From assembly GCF_902713615.1 (NCBI RefSeq), contig NW_024055751.1, positions 124,001-188,000 on the forward strand: a stretch of DNA of 64,000 bases, given 5' to 3'. Made by a program: the position numbers and the translations under genes. The notes below the pieces were generated by a model that was not told where the DNA came from, ran no database searches, and saw only the letters and a list, made by a program, of their open reading frames with translations. This DNA is from Scyliorhinus canicula. Lineage: Eukaryota. Below, piece after piece: positions 31,718 through 43,756 of the stretch (position 1 is its first letter; every line of letters begins with the position of its first letter).

Positions 31718-34700
31718 TGATGTACCATCAATTGGACTTGAGACACGATGAAGATCCAAACTGTGGCTTCAATCAGCTAGTTGTCAGCCCAGTGGTCGAC
31801 TACAGGGAAAGGCCGACCGTCGGGAACTCTGAGTACTTATACCCAGCCTCAGAGGCGGGGTCTACTTGCCTCTCGACCAATTGGTGAGCAGTCACATGAC
31901 TAGTCCCAGCCAATCGGACGAGAGGCACATGACCAGCCAGAGCCAATGGGAAACCAATGCTCTGCACCAATGGCAGTGCTCACATTCATACCACCACATT
32001 CACCCCTTGTGGAGAAAGAAGGCGGGAGGCGGGTGTGTGTGTGTAAGTGGAAGAGAGAGAGAGTGGGGGGGGGGGTTCCGAGGACTGGTGGTATGAGCAG
32101 CGAAAATCGAGAAAGGTGCGCTGCCCACTGGCTCGTGGCAAAAAAATACAATACTACTACGACTTAAGGTGCAACAGAATAACAACAAAGTCCAAAAGAA
32201 AATGTCTCATGGTCGCATCAGATGGATACGATCAGCCTGTCGGGTGCCCGTGGTGTTCTAGAGGACCGTCGCAGTGGAGCCGGTGACGTCTGGCCGATGG
32301 TCGTCCTTGCCTCCGGGAGCGTCGGTCGTAGATGTGTCTCCGTACCCCGGGCCGGTGGTGGAGATGCTGTAATCGGGGGAGAGGGGGCATGTGCGCTGGG
32401 TCGTGGGGGTGCGGGGGAAATGTTGATGTAGCGGGAGAAGGCCGCACGCCGGCGGGTGCCAGGTCCTGAAGCGAGACCATATCCTGTCAACCGTTGGGAT
32501 ACTCCACGTACGCATACTGCGGGTTGGCGTGGAGTAACTGGACTCGCTCAACCAACGGGTCGGCCTTGCGCACCCGCACATGCTTCCGGAGCAAGATGGG
32601 CCCGGGGGTGGCCAGCCAAGTCGGGAGAGGGGATCCTGAGGACGACTTCCTGGGGAAATCAAGAAGACGTTCATGAGGTGTTTGATTGGTGGTAGTACAG
32701 AGGAGAGACAGGATTGAGTGAAGGGCGTCGGGGATGACCTCTTGCCAACGGGGGATAGGGAGATCTCTGGACCGTAGGGCCAGCAGGATGGTCTTCCAAA
32801 TGGTGCCATTCTCCCGCTCGACCTGACCGTTACCCCGGGGGTTATAACTGGTCGTCCTGCTCGAGGCTATACCCCCTGCTGATCAGGAATTGATGCAGTT
32901 CATCACTCATAAAGGAGGAACCCCGGTCGCTGTGGGTGTACGCGGGGTAACCGAACAGGGAGAAAATGGATAGGAGGGCCTTTATGACGGTTGTTGTGGT
33001 CATGTCGGGACAGGGAATGGCGAAAGGGAAGCGGGCGTATTCGTCGATAACACTCAAGAAATATGTGTTACGGTTGTTGGAGGGGAGGGGACCCTTGACG
33101 TCAATACTGAGACGTTCAAAGGGGCGGGATGCCTTGATCAGATGCACTCATTCGGGGCGGTAGAAGTGTGGTTTGCACTCGGCGCAGACGTGGCAGTCCC
33201 TGGTGACGGTCCTGACTTCCTCAACGGATTAGGGCAGGTTGTGGGTCTTAATAAAATGGTAAAAACGGGTAACCCCTGGATGGCAGAAGTCCGTGTGGAG
33301 GGAACAAGGTGGTCAATCTGCGCGCTAGCGCAGGTACCGCGGGATAGGGCATTGGAAGGCTCGTTGAGCTTACCAGGACGATACAAGATATCGTAGTTGT
33401 ATGTGGACAACTCGATCCGCCACCGCAAGATCTTGTCATTCTTGATCTTGCCCCTCTGTGCATTATCGAACATGAAAGCTACTGACCGTTGGTCTGTGAG
33501 GAGGGTAAACCTCCTGCCGGCCAGATAGTGCCTCCTTTTCCACCGAGGTATGGCGGATTTCGGAAGCCTGGAGGGTTCGTGAGAAGAAGGCCACGGGTCT
33601 GCCCGCTTGGTTCAGGTTGGCCGCCAGAGCTAAGTCAGACGCATCGCTCTCGACCTGGAATGGAAGGGACTCGTCGATAGCATGCATCGTGGCCTTTGCG
33701 ATATCCGCTTTGATGCGCCTAAAGGCCTGGTGGGCCTCCATTGACAGGGGAAAGGAGGTGGACTGGATGAGGTGGCGGGCTTTGTCGGCGTAGTTGGGGA
33801 CCCACTGGGCGTAATATGAGAAGAAGCCCAGGCAGCGTTTGAGGGATTTGAGGGAGCTGGGGACAGGGAGATCCATCAGGGGGCGCATGCGTTCGGGATC
33901 GGGGCCTATCACTCCGTTACGCACTATGTAGCCAAGGATGGCTAGACGGTCGGTGCTAAACATGCACTTATCCTTACTGTAGGTTAAATTAAGGAGTTTT
34001 GCGGTTCTGAGGAATTTTTGGAGGTTGATGTCGTGGTCCTGCTGGTCGTGGCCACAGATGGTAACGTTATCGAGATACGGGAAGGTGGCCCGTAAACCGT
34101 GCTTGTCGACCATTCGGTCCATCTCCCGTTGGAAGACCGAGACTCCATTTGTGACACCGAATAGAACCCTGAGGAAGTGGTAGAGGTGCCCATCTGCCTC
34201 GAACGCAGTGTACCTTCGGTCACTCGTGCGGATGGGGAGCTGGTGGTAGGCGGACGTAAGGTCCATCGTGGAAAAGACTTTGTATTTCGCAATCCTGTTA
34301 ACCAGGTCAGAAATACGGGGGAGAGGATACGCGTCCAGCTGTGTAAACCTGTTGATGGTCTGACTGTAATCAATGACCATCCGGTTTTTCTCCCCCAGTC
34401 CGAACTACCAGCACTTGGGCTCGCCAGGTACTGTTGCTGGCCACGATAACTCCTTCCATAATGAGCCTCTGGACCTCGGACCCGATGAAGGTTAGGGTTA
34501 GGGTTAGGGTTAGCTACGCGGAACAGCAGCGACCGACTTGGTCTGGCAGACCACCGCGTAGTGACCCGTCCTCCCGCAGCTTACACAGAGTGGAGCGGGC
34601 CGGGCAGCGCGGGTGTGAGGAGAGGCCACAAAAGTAGCAGCGGGGCCCCGCTAGTTTGTCGGAGCGACCCGCAGCGCAGGCCTGGGGGGGCGGTCGGGGT

Positions 34701-35566
34701 CCACGGAGGATGGGGGTTGCGCGTGCCTTGAAGTCCAGGGGTTGCTGCGCGGCCGGGGGCGTATGCGCGGGCGTTCAGGTTGGCGACCTCCAGGGAGGTT
34801 GCAATGGTCCGTGCCTCAGCTAGGCTGAGGGCATTCTTCTCCAGCAATCGTTGGCGGATAGAAGGGGACTGCATGCCAGCAACGTAAGCGTCTCTAATTA
34901 AAAGTTCCATGTGCTCAGTCGCCGAAACTTGGAGACAGGCGCACATTCTCCCTAGAGCTGTGAGGGCCTGGTAAAACTCGTCGAATGAACTGTTGTCTAA
35001 TCGTCAGGAGATGAAGTGAGTATAATTTGTTGACCGGCCGGAGAAAATGTCCTTTGAGAATCTCCATGGCCGCATCATAATCGCTTTCGTCCTCAATCAT
35101 TGAATATACCGCCGTGCCCACGCAGGAGTGGAGGATGTGGAGTTTCTGCTCCTTGGTGGGCTTGCTGGCTGCAGTTGTCAGGTAACTGTTAAAACACGCC
35201 TGCCAGTGTTTAAAGATTGCAGACGCATTTGAAGCATGCGGGCGGGTGCGGAAGCAATCAGGCTTGATGCGTAGCTCCATTCCAAAATTCTAGCTGATTA
35301 AATTGATGTACCATCAATTGGACTCGAGACACGATGAAGATCCAAACTGTGGCTTTAATCAGCTTGTTGTTAGCCCGAGAAAGACCGACCGTCGGGAACT
35401 CTGGGTACTTATACCCTGCCTCGGAGGCGGGGTCTACTTGCCTCTCGACCAATTGGTGAGCAGTCACATGACTAGTCCCAGCCAATTGGACGAGAGGCAC
35501 ATGACCAGCCAGAGTCAATGGGAAACCAATGCTCTGCACCAATGGCAGTGCTCACATTCATACCAC
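31718..35566 (-). mobile_element. Decayed Ty3/Gypsy LTR retrotransposon; LTRs 31718-31998 and 35304-35566
   Basis: gag (35280-34500, CYFCG zinc knuckle), RT (YPLPRI, YLDN) and RNase H (ESDAS) 34380-33463, integrase (IDEYARFPFA, HSDRGSSF) about 33150-32840; frameshifts; protease region missing; LTRs differ by substitutions and one ~15-bp indel. Confidence 0.95.
34492..34513 (+). repeat. Short interstitial telomeric tract (TTAGGG)3 TTAG
   Basis: Sits exactly between the gag end and the RT start of the Gypsy element. Confidence 0.9.
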
Positions 35567-35903
35567 TTCAGAAACTGTACACAGTACTCCAGGTGTGATC
35601 TGACCAAGGCCTTGTATAACTGCAGTAAGACATCTCTAAATCTGAACTCAAATCCCTCTTGCAATGAAGGCCAACATATCATTGGCCTTCTGACCCCTCT
35701 CCACTTTCACTGACTGGTGTACGAGGTCACCCCGATCCGTCTGTCCCGCCACATATCCCAACATCTCACTGTTTAAATACCACTCTTTCCTTCAGTTTAT
35801 TTTACACCAACCTGTACAACTGACAGAGATGTTTCAGTGTGGGTGGCACAGGGCACAGTGGTCAGCACAGCTGCCTACGGCACTGAGGACACAAGGGCCG
35901 ATC

Positions 35904-36185
35904 CGTGAACTGACCTAAAATGGCCACTGTGAAACATCATAAAATGGCCACCATGAATTGACACAAAATGGCCACCATGAAGTGACCTAAAATGGCTGCC
36001 GAAGTGACACAAAATGGCCACCGTGAAGTGACCTAAAATGGCCGCCATGAACCGACATAAAATGGCCACTGTGAACTGACATAAAATGGCCACCATGAAC
36101 TGATATAAAATGGCCACCGTGAACTGACATAAAATGGCCACCGTGAACTGACATAAAATGGCCACCGTGAACTGACATAAAATGG
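35904..36185. repeat. 24-bp minisatellite (cgtgaactgacataaaatggccac), about 12 units
   Basis: Direct reading; each unit holds AAAATGGC. Confidence 0.95.
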
Positions 36186-36689
36186 TGGGAAACAAGGAGA
36201 AGGGGGATCACACCCCAGATCGCCCAGGAAGGGCATCACAGAGGGTCTGCGGGGGGAGGGGGGGGGGGAGGGGAAGGGTTAGGGAAATGGGGGCTGGGGG
36301 GGAGAGAGGGTAAGGGTTAGGGAAAGGGGGGCTGGGAGGGGAGAGGGGAAGGGTTAGGGAAAGGGGAACCAGGCCCCGCCCACTGAGCCCAGCCCCGCTA
36401 AATTGCCCATAGTGTCCACAATTGCCCATAGTGTTGGGTGGGGTTACTGGGTTATGGGTATAGGGTGGAGGTGTTGACCTCGGGTAGAGTGCTCTTTCCA
36501 AGAGCCGGTGCAGACTCGATGGGCCGAGTGGCCTCCTTCTGCACTGTAAATTCTATGACAATCTACGATTAATCTAGGACAAAGGTTGGGCACAACATCG
36601 TGGGCCAAGGGGCCTGTTCTTTGCTGTATTTTGCTATGTTCTACTACATAGGAAGAAAAGAGAATAAAAGAAAATACATAATAGGGCAA

Positions 36690-37240
36690 CACAAGGTATG
36701 CTATGTAACTACATAAGCACCGGCATTGGGTGAAGCATACAGGGTGCAGTGTTAATGAGGTCAGTCAATAAGAGGGTCATTTAGGAGTCTGGTGACAATG
36801 GGGAAGAAGCTATTTTTGAGTCTGTTCGTGCATGTGCTCAGACTTCTGGATCTCCTGCCCGATGGAAGAAGTTGGAAGAGTGAGTAAGCTGGGTGGGAGG
36901 GATCTTTGATTATGCTGCCCACTTTCCCCAAGCAGCAGGAGGTGTAGATGGAGTCAATGGATGGGAGGCAGGTTTGTGTGATGGACTGGGCGGTATTCAC
37001 GACTCTCTGAAGTTCCTTGCGGTCCTGGGCCGAGCAGTTGCCATACCAGGCTGTGATGCAGCCAGATGGGATGCTTTCTATGGTGCATCTGTAAAAGTTG
37101 GTAAGGGTTTATGTGAACATGCCAAATTTTCTTAGTTTCTTGAGGAAGTATAGGTGCTGTTGTGTTTTTTTGGTGGTAGCGTCGACGTGGGTGGACCAGG
37201 ACAGGTTTTTGGAGATGTGCACCCCTAGGAATTTGAAACT
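36690..37240 (-). mobile_element. Rex1/Babar-type LINE 3' end
   Basis: IIKDPSHPAYSLFQLLPSGRR..RLKNSFFP. Confidence 0.88.
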
Positions 37241-38699
37241 GCTTACCATCTTTTTTTGGGGGCAGCGCGGGTAGCATTGTGGATAGCACAAACGCTTAAC
37301 AGCTCCAGGGTCCCAGGTTCGATGCCGGCTTGGGTCACTGAGTGTGCGGAGTCTGCACATCCTCCCCCTGTGTGCATGGGTTTCCTCCGGGTGCTCCGGT
37401 TTCCTCCCACAGTCCAAAGATGTGCAGATTAGGTGGATTGGCCATGATAAATTGCCCTTAGTGTCCAAAATTGCCCATAGTGTTGGGTGGGGTTACTGGG
37501 TTATGGGGATAGGGTGGAGGTGTTAACCTTGGGTAGGGTGCTCTTTCCTGGAGCCGGTGCAGACTCGATGGGCCGAATGGCCTCCTTCTGCACTGTAAAT
37601 TCTATTTATATATGAATAGGGTGGGAAGGATACGGACTCCGAAAGTGCAGACGGTTTTAGTTTAAGCACGTACCATGGTCGGCATAGGCTTGGAGGGCCG
37701 AAGGGCCTGTTCCTGTGCTGTGTTCTTTGTTCAAACTCCCATCATCCTTTGCGCAGTGACTCCACTCCTGAAGAGCCTTGCCACCCAAGTTTTCGAGTAC
37801 ACCCCCCAAGCCCCGGACTCGCAGACCCAGCGGAAATAATTCCTCTCCGCCCAACCCGTCTGTTCCCCTCGATACCGTCATTCTCGATGTGGTTTAAGCA
37901 GCGTGGGTTGAGGCATGGCTTCTTATCTGTATTCTGCGGCCCTGTTGTCGTTGGCTGAGCACCACACAGGACTGGGACGCAAATTCCACCGGGAGGAACG
38001 AACGGGAATCAATCTTTTGCAGTTTGAGGGGGGGGGGGGAGAATGCGGGTTCTGAAACTAGTGTCTTAAACTCAAACAAAGGGCGGTTCGAAAACCCAAC
38101 AGCTGCGTGGCTGTAACCTTCCGGGAAAAGAGTGCTCCACGCTCAACAGATTCAGGAGTGGCCACGGCACCCTCCACAGATGGGGCTGCGGTGCCAAGAC
38201 CCCCTCCCCCCACGTGCCTGTGGGAGAGAGAAAACTATGTACCAGCTCAAAGATTCAGCAGAGGCCTGTCCGCACTCGACACGGGGGCTGGTTTAGCACA
38301 CTGGGCTAAATCGCTGGCTTTGAAAGCAGACCAAGGCAGGCCAGCAGCACGGGTTTCGATTCCCGTACCAGCCTCCCCGAACAGGTGCCGGAACGTGGCG
38401 ACAAGGGGCTTTTCACAGTAACTTCATTTGAAGCCGACTCGTGACAATAAGCGATTTTCACTTCATTTCAGGACCCCCGGGAAAAACTGCTCGGTTCAGG
38501 AACTTTACATCCGCCGAATGAATAAATAAACGTTCACTTCCTCTCTCTCTGTGACTTTTGAATGACCCGCCTCTCGCCTCGAGGGACCGGACCACCTTGT
38601 TCCTGTATCCGTGGCAGGGATTGTACCAGTTGTATCTCAGGAGGTGGGTGTACAGCACCTCGTTCACACGCGTGAATGGAGATGTTCTGGTTCATTTAA

Positions 38700-41400
38700 T
38701 TAGCGTCAAACATTTGCTTCACAAACATAGCTCACATGTTTTTCCGTTTCATTAAGAAAAATCCCAGTTGGGAGGCACCCAAACCAAATGGGCAATCAAT
38801 AAGTTACACAAAAATGTACAGTTCTGAACATAACCAACAAGAAATATGTTTAAAAAATGGAAGATATGTACACTCGGTTATATCAAAGACTGCAGTGAGC
38901 ACTGTATCAAACAGCTACAAGGCCAGAGAAGGGAAATGGCTCATTTCCCAGCGAGGGAGGATCTAAAGTCAGTGGCTACGACAGTGCAGAGCCAAACAAA
39001 GGGTCCCCACATTGAATCCCTGGTCTGCATTGAGCCTCGATGCAGGTTTGGCACGATTCGCTACACCGAGACCGTCGGGAACAGCTTCGGGAACAGGTTT
39101 GGTGGAAGTCGGTGGGAGCTCGGAGCAGGGGAGGGAGGAGGGGGCGGCCATATTCGCAGGAAGGCCCCGGGTGTACTGGCCAGGTCTGCAGGAGCAATAA
39201 AAGGGCACGATCTGATGGTCATTGGGCATAGGTGGGTTGCAAGGTGTCTAGGCTGGGAACTGAATATTCAGGGGCCCTGAAGGATTTGAAGAAGGGAAAA
39301 GGAGATGGGGTGGTAGATCGGTTCAGTACAGTAGTGAGAAATTATCTCGGTTCGGCCGATTTGGACGCACAATCAGTTTTGGACGACGTTTTGGAATTGC
39401 GTGTTCCGTTTGAAGGTGAGAAAGCTGGGTCTGAAACTAGCGTCTTAAACATAAATAAAAAGTGATTATGTATGTGGGAGGTCAAGTTTTAATAATAATA
39501 ACAATCACTTATTGTCACAAGTAGGAAGTGACTGTGAAAAGCCCCTAGTCAGCACATTCGGTGCCTGTTCGGGGAGGCCGGTATGGGAATTGAACCCCAG
39601 CTGCTGGCATTGTTCTGCATTGCGAGCCAGCTGTTTAGCCCACTGTGCTAACCAGCCCCTGGCTATCAAAGTTGGCTGCCGTGAGCTTGGGAAAATAAAT
39701 TCAAAGGTAAAATGGGCACATATTTAAGAACACAATTTCGTAACTCTTAAAACACGATCTATTGCATCGAGACAGACTCGACGAGAAAGATGACCCATTT
39801 GTGCCGAACTACGGAAGTTAAGGATTGTGACAACTGAAAGAAAGAAAGTGGTGTTAAAATAGGTCAGAAGACTGGGGCTGGTTTAGCATAGTGGGCTATA
39901 CAGCTGGTTCGTAACGCAAAACAAGACCAGCAGCACGGGTTCGATTCCCGTACCGGCCTCCCCGAACAGGCGGCGGAATGTGGCAACTAGGGTCTTTTCA
40001 CAGTAACTTCATTTGAAGCCTACTTGTGACAGTAAGCGATTATTATTATTATAAGACTGAGAAATCTTTTACAAACTGCCAACGGATGACCAAAAAAAAA
40101 CAAAGGGGGCGAAACGAGATGCTGAGAATAAGCAGCAAGCAATAGAAAAACAGATTAAGAATTTCGACAAGTACGTAAAAAGGGAGAGAGTAGCTAAAGT
40201 AAACGTTGGCCCTTTAGATAAAAGAATGAAAATCGCTTATTGTCACAAGTAGGCTTCAAAATGAAGTTACTGTCAAAAGCCCCACATTCCGGCGCCTGTT
40301 CGGGGAGGCCGGTACGGGAATCAAACCGTGCTGCTGGTCTGACGGTCTGCTGTGAAAGCCAGCGATTTGGCCCAGTATGCTAAACCAGCCCCCGAGAGGG
40401 CGAGACGAAAGATTCAGGAATGGAAACCGAGTAAATGCGCTATTTTGTACCTTTGTTTGTTGCTGAAAACACAACGTGAAGGGGAAGAAGCAAAACAACT
40501 ATCATTGAGAAAAACAATTAAGGGAACTGATGGGGCGAGAGAGCGTAGAGCCGGTGGTCTGCAATTTAGGATCTTAAAGAAGTACACTTAGGAAAGCCGT
40601 AATATAATGAACCGTAAGCCGTCACGGTCCTGGTTCTCGGAGTACGTCACGAAGAGGGCGGATAAGGGTGAGCCAGCAGATGTCATGTATTTGGGTTTCC
40701 AAAAAGCATTTCCACCAGATTCCACATAAAAGTTCCACTTCACAGTCTCACAAACCCATGGTGTTGGGTGTGTTTTGTCAGCAAACTATTACCACTGGAG
40801 TGCAACAAGATTCAGTGCTGGGGTCTCGGTACAATCCGTATTCTTAACTTGGATGACCGCATAGCAGTCAGGTTTGCTGACGAGTCGAAGATCGGGAGGT
40901 GAGCAAGCTGCGAGGAGGACACAGAGTCTGCGAAGGGATATATGGTCGGTCTATTCAGTGATGGGGCAAAAGCTTCGGCGAGAGGAAAACAACGAAATAG
41001 GATTCAAAATTAGATAGAGGGCAGTACGGAGGGATCGGGGCTTCCTGGTGCAGAGAAACGTTGGTGCGTAGACACGGCAAGTGATCAGGAAGGCAAATGG
41101 AGGGTCCTTTACCCCCTGATGGAATATAAAAGTTGGAAAGTCTTGCCGCGACCGTACGGGGCACTGGCGTTTCCGCACCTGGAGTACTGCGCACAATTTT
41201 GCTCACCTCACTTCGGGAGGGACTGACATGTGAACGCATTGCGAGAAGACTCACATGACTGGTTTCGGGCTTGAAGGGCTTTGCTTTCCGAGGAAAGATT
41301 CGGCCCGGCGGTGTTTCAAAGAATGAGGTGAGACCTTACTGAGTGTAAAGGTTCTGCAGGAGGGGCGGGGGGTGATCTAGAATGGGTGGGGTTGCAGTTT
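38700..41400 (+). mobile_element. Highly decayed CR1 LINE fragments (ORF1/endonuclease/RT) with nested SINEs
   Basis: HDLMVIGHRW..GWELNIQG (endonuclease start), KYVKRERVAKVNVGPL, gataagggtgagccagcagatgtcatgtatttgggtttccaaaaagcattt (RT region). Confidence 0.7.
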
Positions 41401-41600
41401 CAGAATTAGGGGGGTCTCCCCTGAAAGACGGAGATTCAAGGTTGAGTCACCAGCGAGGGAGTGAAGGATTATGGGAGCAGGAGGTCAGGGAAGGCCACAA
41501 TCAGTTCAGCCATGATCTGATTGAATGGTGAAGCAGGGTGGAGGGGCTGAATGGCCCCCAACTGCTTCCATTGCTTATGTTCTATTTACTCTATGTCCGT

Positions 41601-41970
41601 AGGAGAAATGGCCATAGCTATAGGAGATACCTGGGGGAAATGGCCACATCTATAGGATACCTGGGAGATATGGCCATATCTGTAGGAGGTACATGGGGGA
41701 TATGGCCATATCTGTAGGAGGTACATGGGGGAAATGGCCACATCTATAGGATACCTGGGGGAAATGGCCACATCTATAGGATACCTGGGAGATATGGCCA
41801 TATCTGTAGGAGGTACATGGGGGATATGGCCATATCTATAGGATACCTGGGAGAAATGGCCATATCTGTAGGATACCTGGGAGATATGGCCATATCTATA
41901 GGATACCTGGGAGATATGGCCATATCTATAGGATACCTGGGGAAATGGCCATATCTGTAGGAGGTACCTG
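41601..41970. repeat. ~30-bp minisatellite (ggccatatctataggatacctgggagatat)
   Basis: About 12 diverged units. Confidence 0.9.
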
Positions 41971-42304
41971 TTCCCCACCACCCATCTCTTCCAGGTCCCA
42001 GGCCACACCAAGCGCCGACCCACAGTTCCCAGTCTTCAGCACAGCTCGGTGACCGAGCGGAAGTCCCAGAGAATTCGCTTCGGGAAGTGTGCTGCCCGAA
42101 TTTGGGTTGGAAGGTGCTGTGTAAGCTTCCTTTGGTGAGTTCCTGCACCCATCCAGGCAAGTGGAGAGTATTTCATCACACTCCTGACTTGTACCTTGTA
42201 GATGGTGGACAGGTTTTGTGTAGTTAGGAGGTGAGTTACTCACTGCAGGATTCCCAGCCTCTGACCTTGCATTTGTCGCCATTGAACAAACTGTTAATAT
42301 TTGC

Positions 42305-42580
42305 CATGTGGAGGTGCCAGCGCTGGACTCGGGTGGGCACAGCAAGAAGTCTTACAGCAGCAGGTTAAAGTCCAACAGGTTTGTTTGGAGTCACTAGCTT
42401 TCGGAGCGCGGCTCCTTAATCAGGTGAGTGAGCAGGTGGGTTCCACAAACTCATTGACAGACAAAGTCAATGATGTAAGATGATACTTTGAATGTGAGTC
42501 TTTGCAGGTAATTCAGTCTTTCAGGTCCAGACGGTACGACTGGAGAAAGCGTATCACTGGGTAATACAAATCCCATGGTG
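42305..42580 (-). mobile_element. Penelope-like element 3' end, diverged
   Basis: Same tail family as 20090-20212, reverse orientation. Confidence 0.65.
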
Positions 42581-43742
42581 CTTTGTTGAGTTTGACCACA
42601 GACAGCTTTTAAACAAAGTCAAATATAGTTAAATGGAAGAGAATTGAGAATTATGTGTTTCTTCTATTTGACCCCTCTGTGTTTTGGTGTGAAACATTCT
42701 GCAGCCTAAATACCGTTCATGTATAAGAAAGGAGGGGTGACAGCAAATCCGCACTGAGCCTGGATTTCCTCATCTCCCTGAGTGGCTTTTCCTGTTTCTT
42801 CATCATGAAGGCCGAATTTTTCAAAAATGTGGTTCAGTTAAATCTCTGCCATTTCCTCAAATTCAGTTACAGTATCGTTTGTGTCTGTCTATATGAGCAT
42901 ACATTACCATTAGATATGTTTGGATGGTGATTAAAATGTTAATGTGTCGACAAAGCCATTAAATTATTTTGTGAACTTAGCAAACTGCCAAGATCCACAC
43001 TTTGTTTTTTCATGTATGGAACGATCTGTCTGGACTGTACGCAGAACAGTACTTTTCACTGTACCTCGATACACGTGACAATAAATCAAATCCAATCAAA
43101 GAGAGTTTCTTACTCGTCTTCAGATTGAACAATGAGCCGCCTTAAAAATTATTCATTCATAGGAGGTGGGCGTCACTGGCTGGACCAGCATTTACTGCTC
43201 ATTCCAATTGCCCTTGAACTGCGTGTCTTGTGAGGCTATTTCAGAGGGCACTTACAAATCAACCATAACATTGCTGTGGCATCTGTAGTCACGTGTAGGT
43301 CAGGCCACGTAAGGAGAGCAGATTTCCTGAAGGACATTAGTGAACCAGATGAGTTTTCACAACAATCAAGAATGTTATCATTACTTATAATTCAAGTCTT
43401 TTATTCAATTTCAGCATCTGTAATAGGCACATTCGATCCCAGATCCCCAGAGCAGTAACCTGGTCTCTGGATTACTCGCCCAGTAACAATACCATTACGC
43501 CACTGCGTAGCCCAATACTCTTGGCAGAATATGATGTCTAGTGTTGTGTTCTGTGAACTTGTTTTGCAATGATTCTCCAGAACTGCTGGTGACTTCGCCA
43601 GAACGATGATTATTAATCGAACTGTGGTAAGTAAATGATCAGAATGTGATACAGACCAAGTTATCACAGAATTACATTAGTCATCCTCGTGTACGCCTTA
43701 CAACCTTCTGCTGCTAGTCGGATGTCCTCTGAGTGATGTCTG

Positions 43743-43756
43743 ACACCACCTGGTGG
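43743..43756 (-). promoter_or_regulatory. CTCF-like motif
   Basis: Minus strand CCACCAGGTGGTGT, one mismatch from the CTCF core. Confidence 0.5.

Noticed and set aside
29286-31887. ORFs up to 498 aa with repeated HSQHCQCSP / EHWQCWLWG motifs, resembling a Cys/His-rich or elastin-like protein
   Set aside because: Open in several frames on both strands because the minisatellite lacks stops; no start context, splice or domain evidence.
36255-36365. GGGTTAGGG motifs in a G-rich tract
   Set aside because: Isolated hexamers inside purine low complexity, not a tandem telomeric array.
42660-42900. Acidic reading frame on the minus strand that looks exon-like
   Set aside because: Contains a stop and matches no family I can recognise.
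43401-43667. Minus-strand ORF with a hydrophobic stretch near a CTCF-like site; nearby gtaagt donor on the plus strand
   Set aside because: No coherent leader or V exon and no RSS found.
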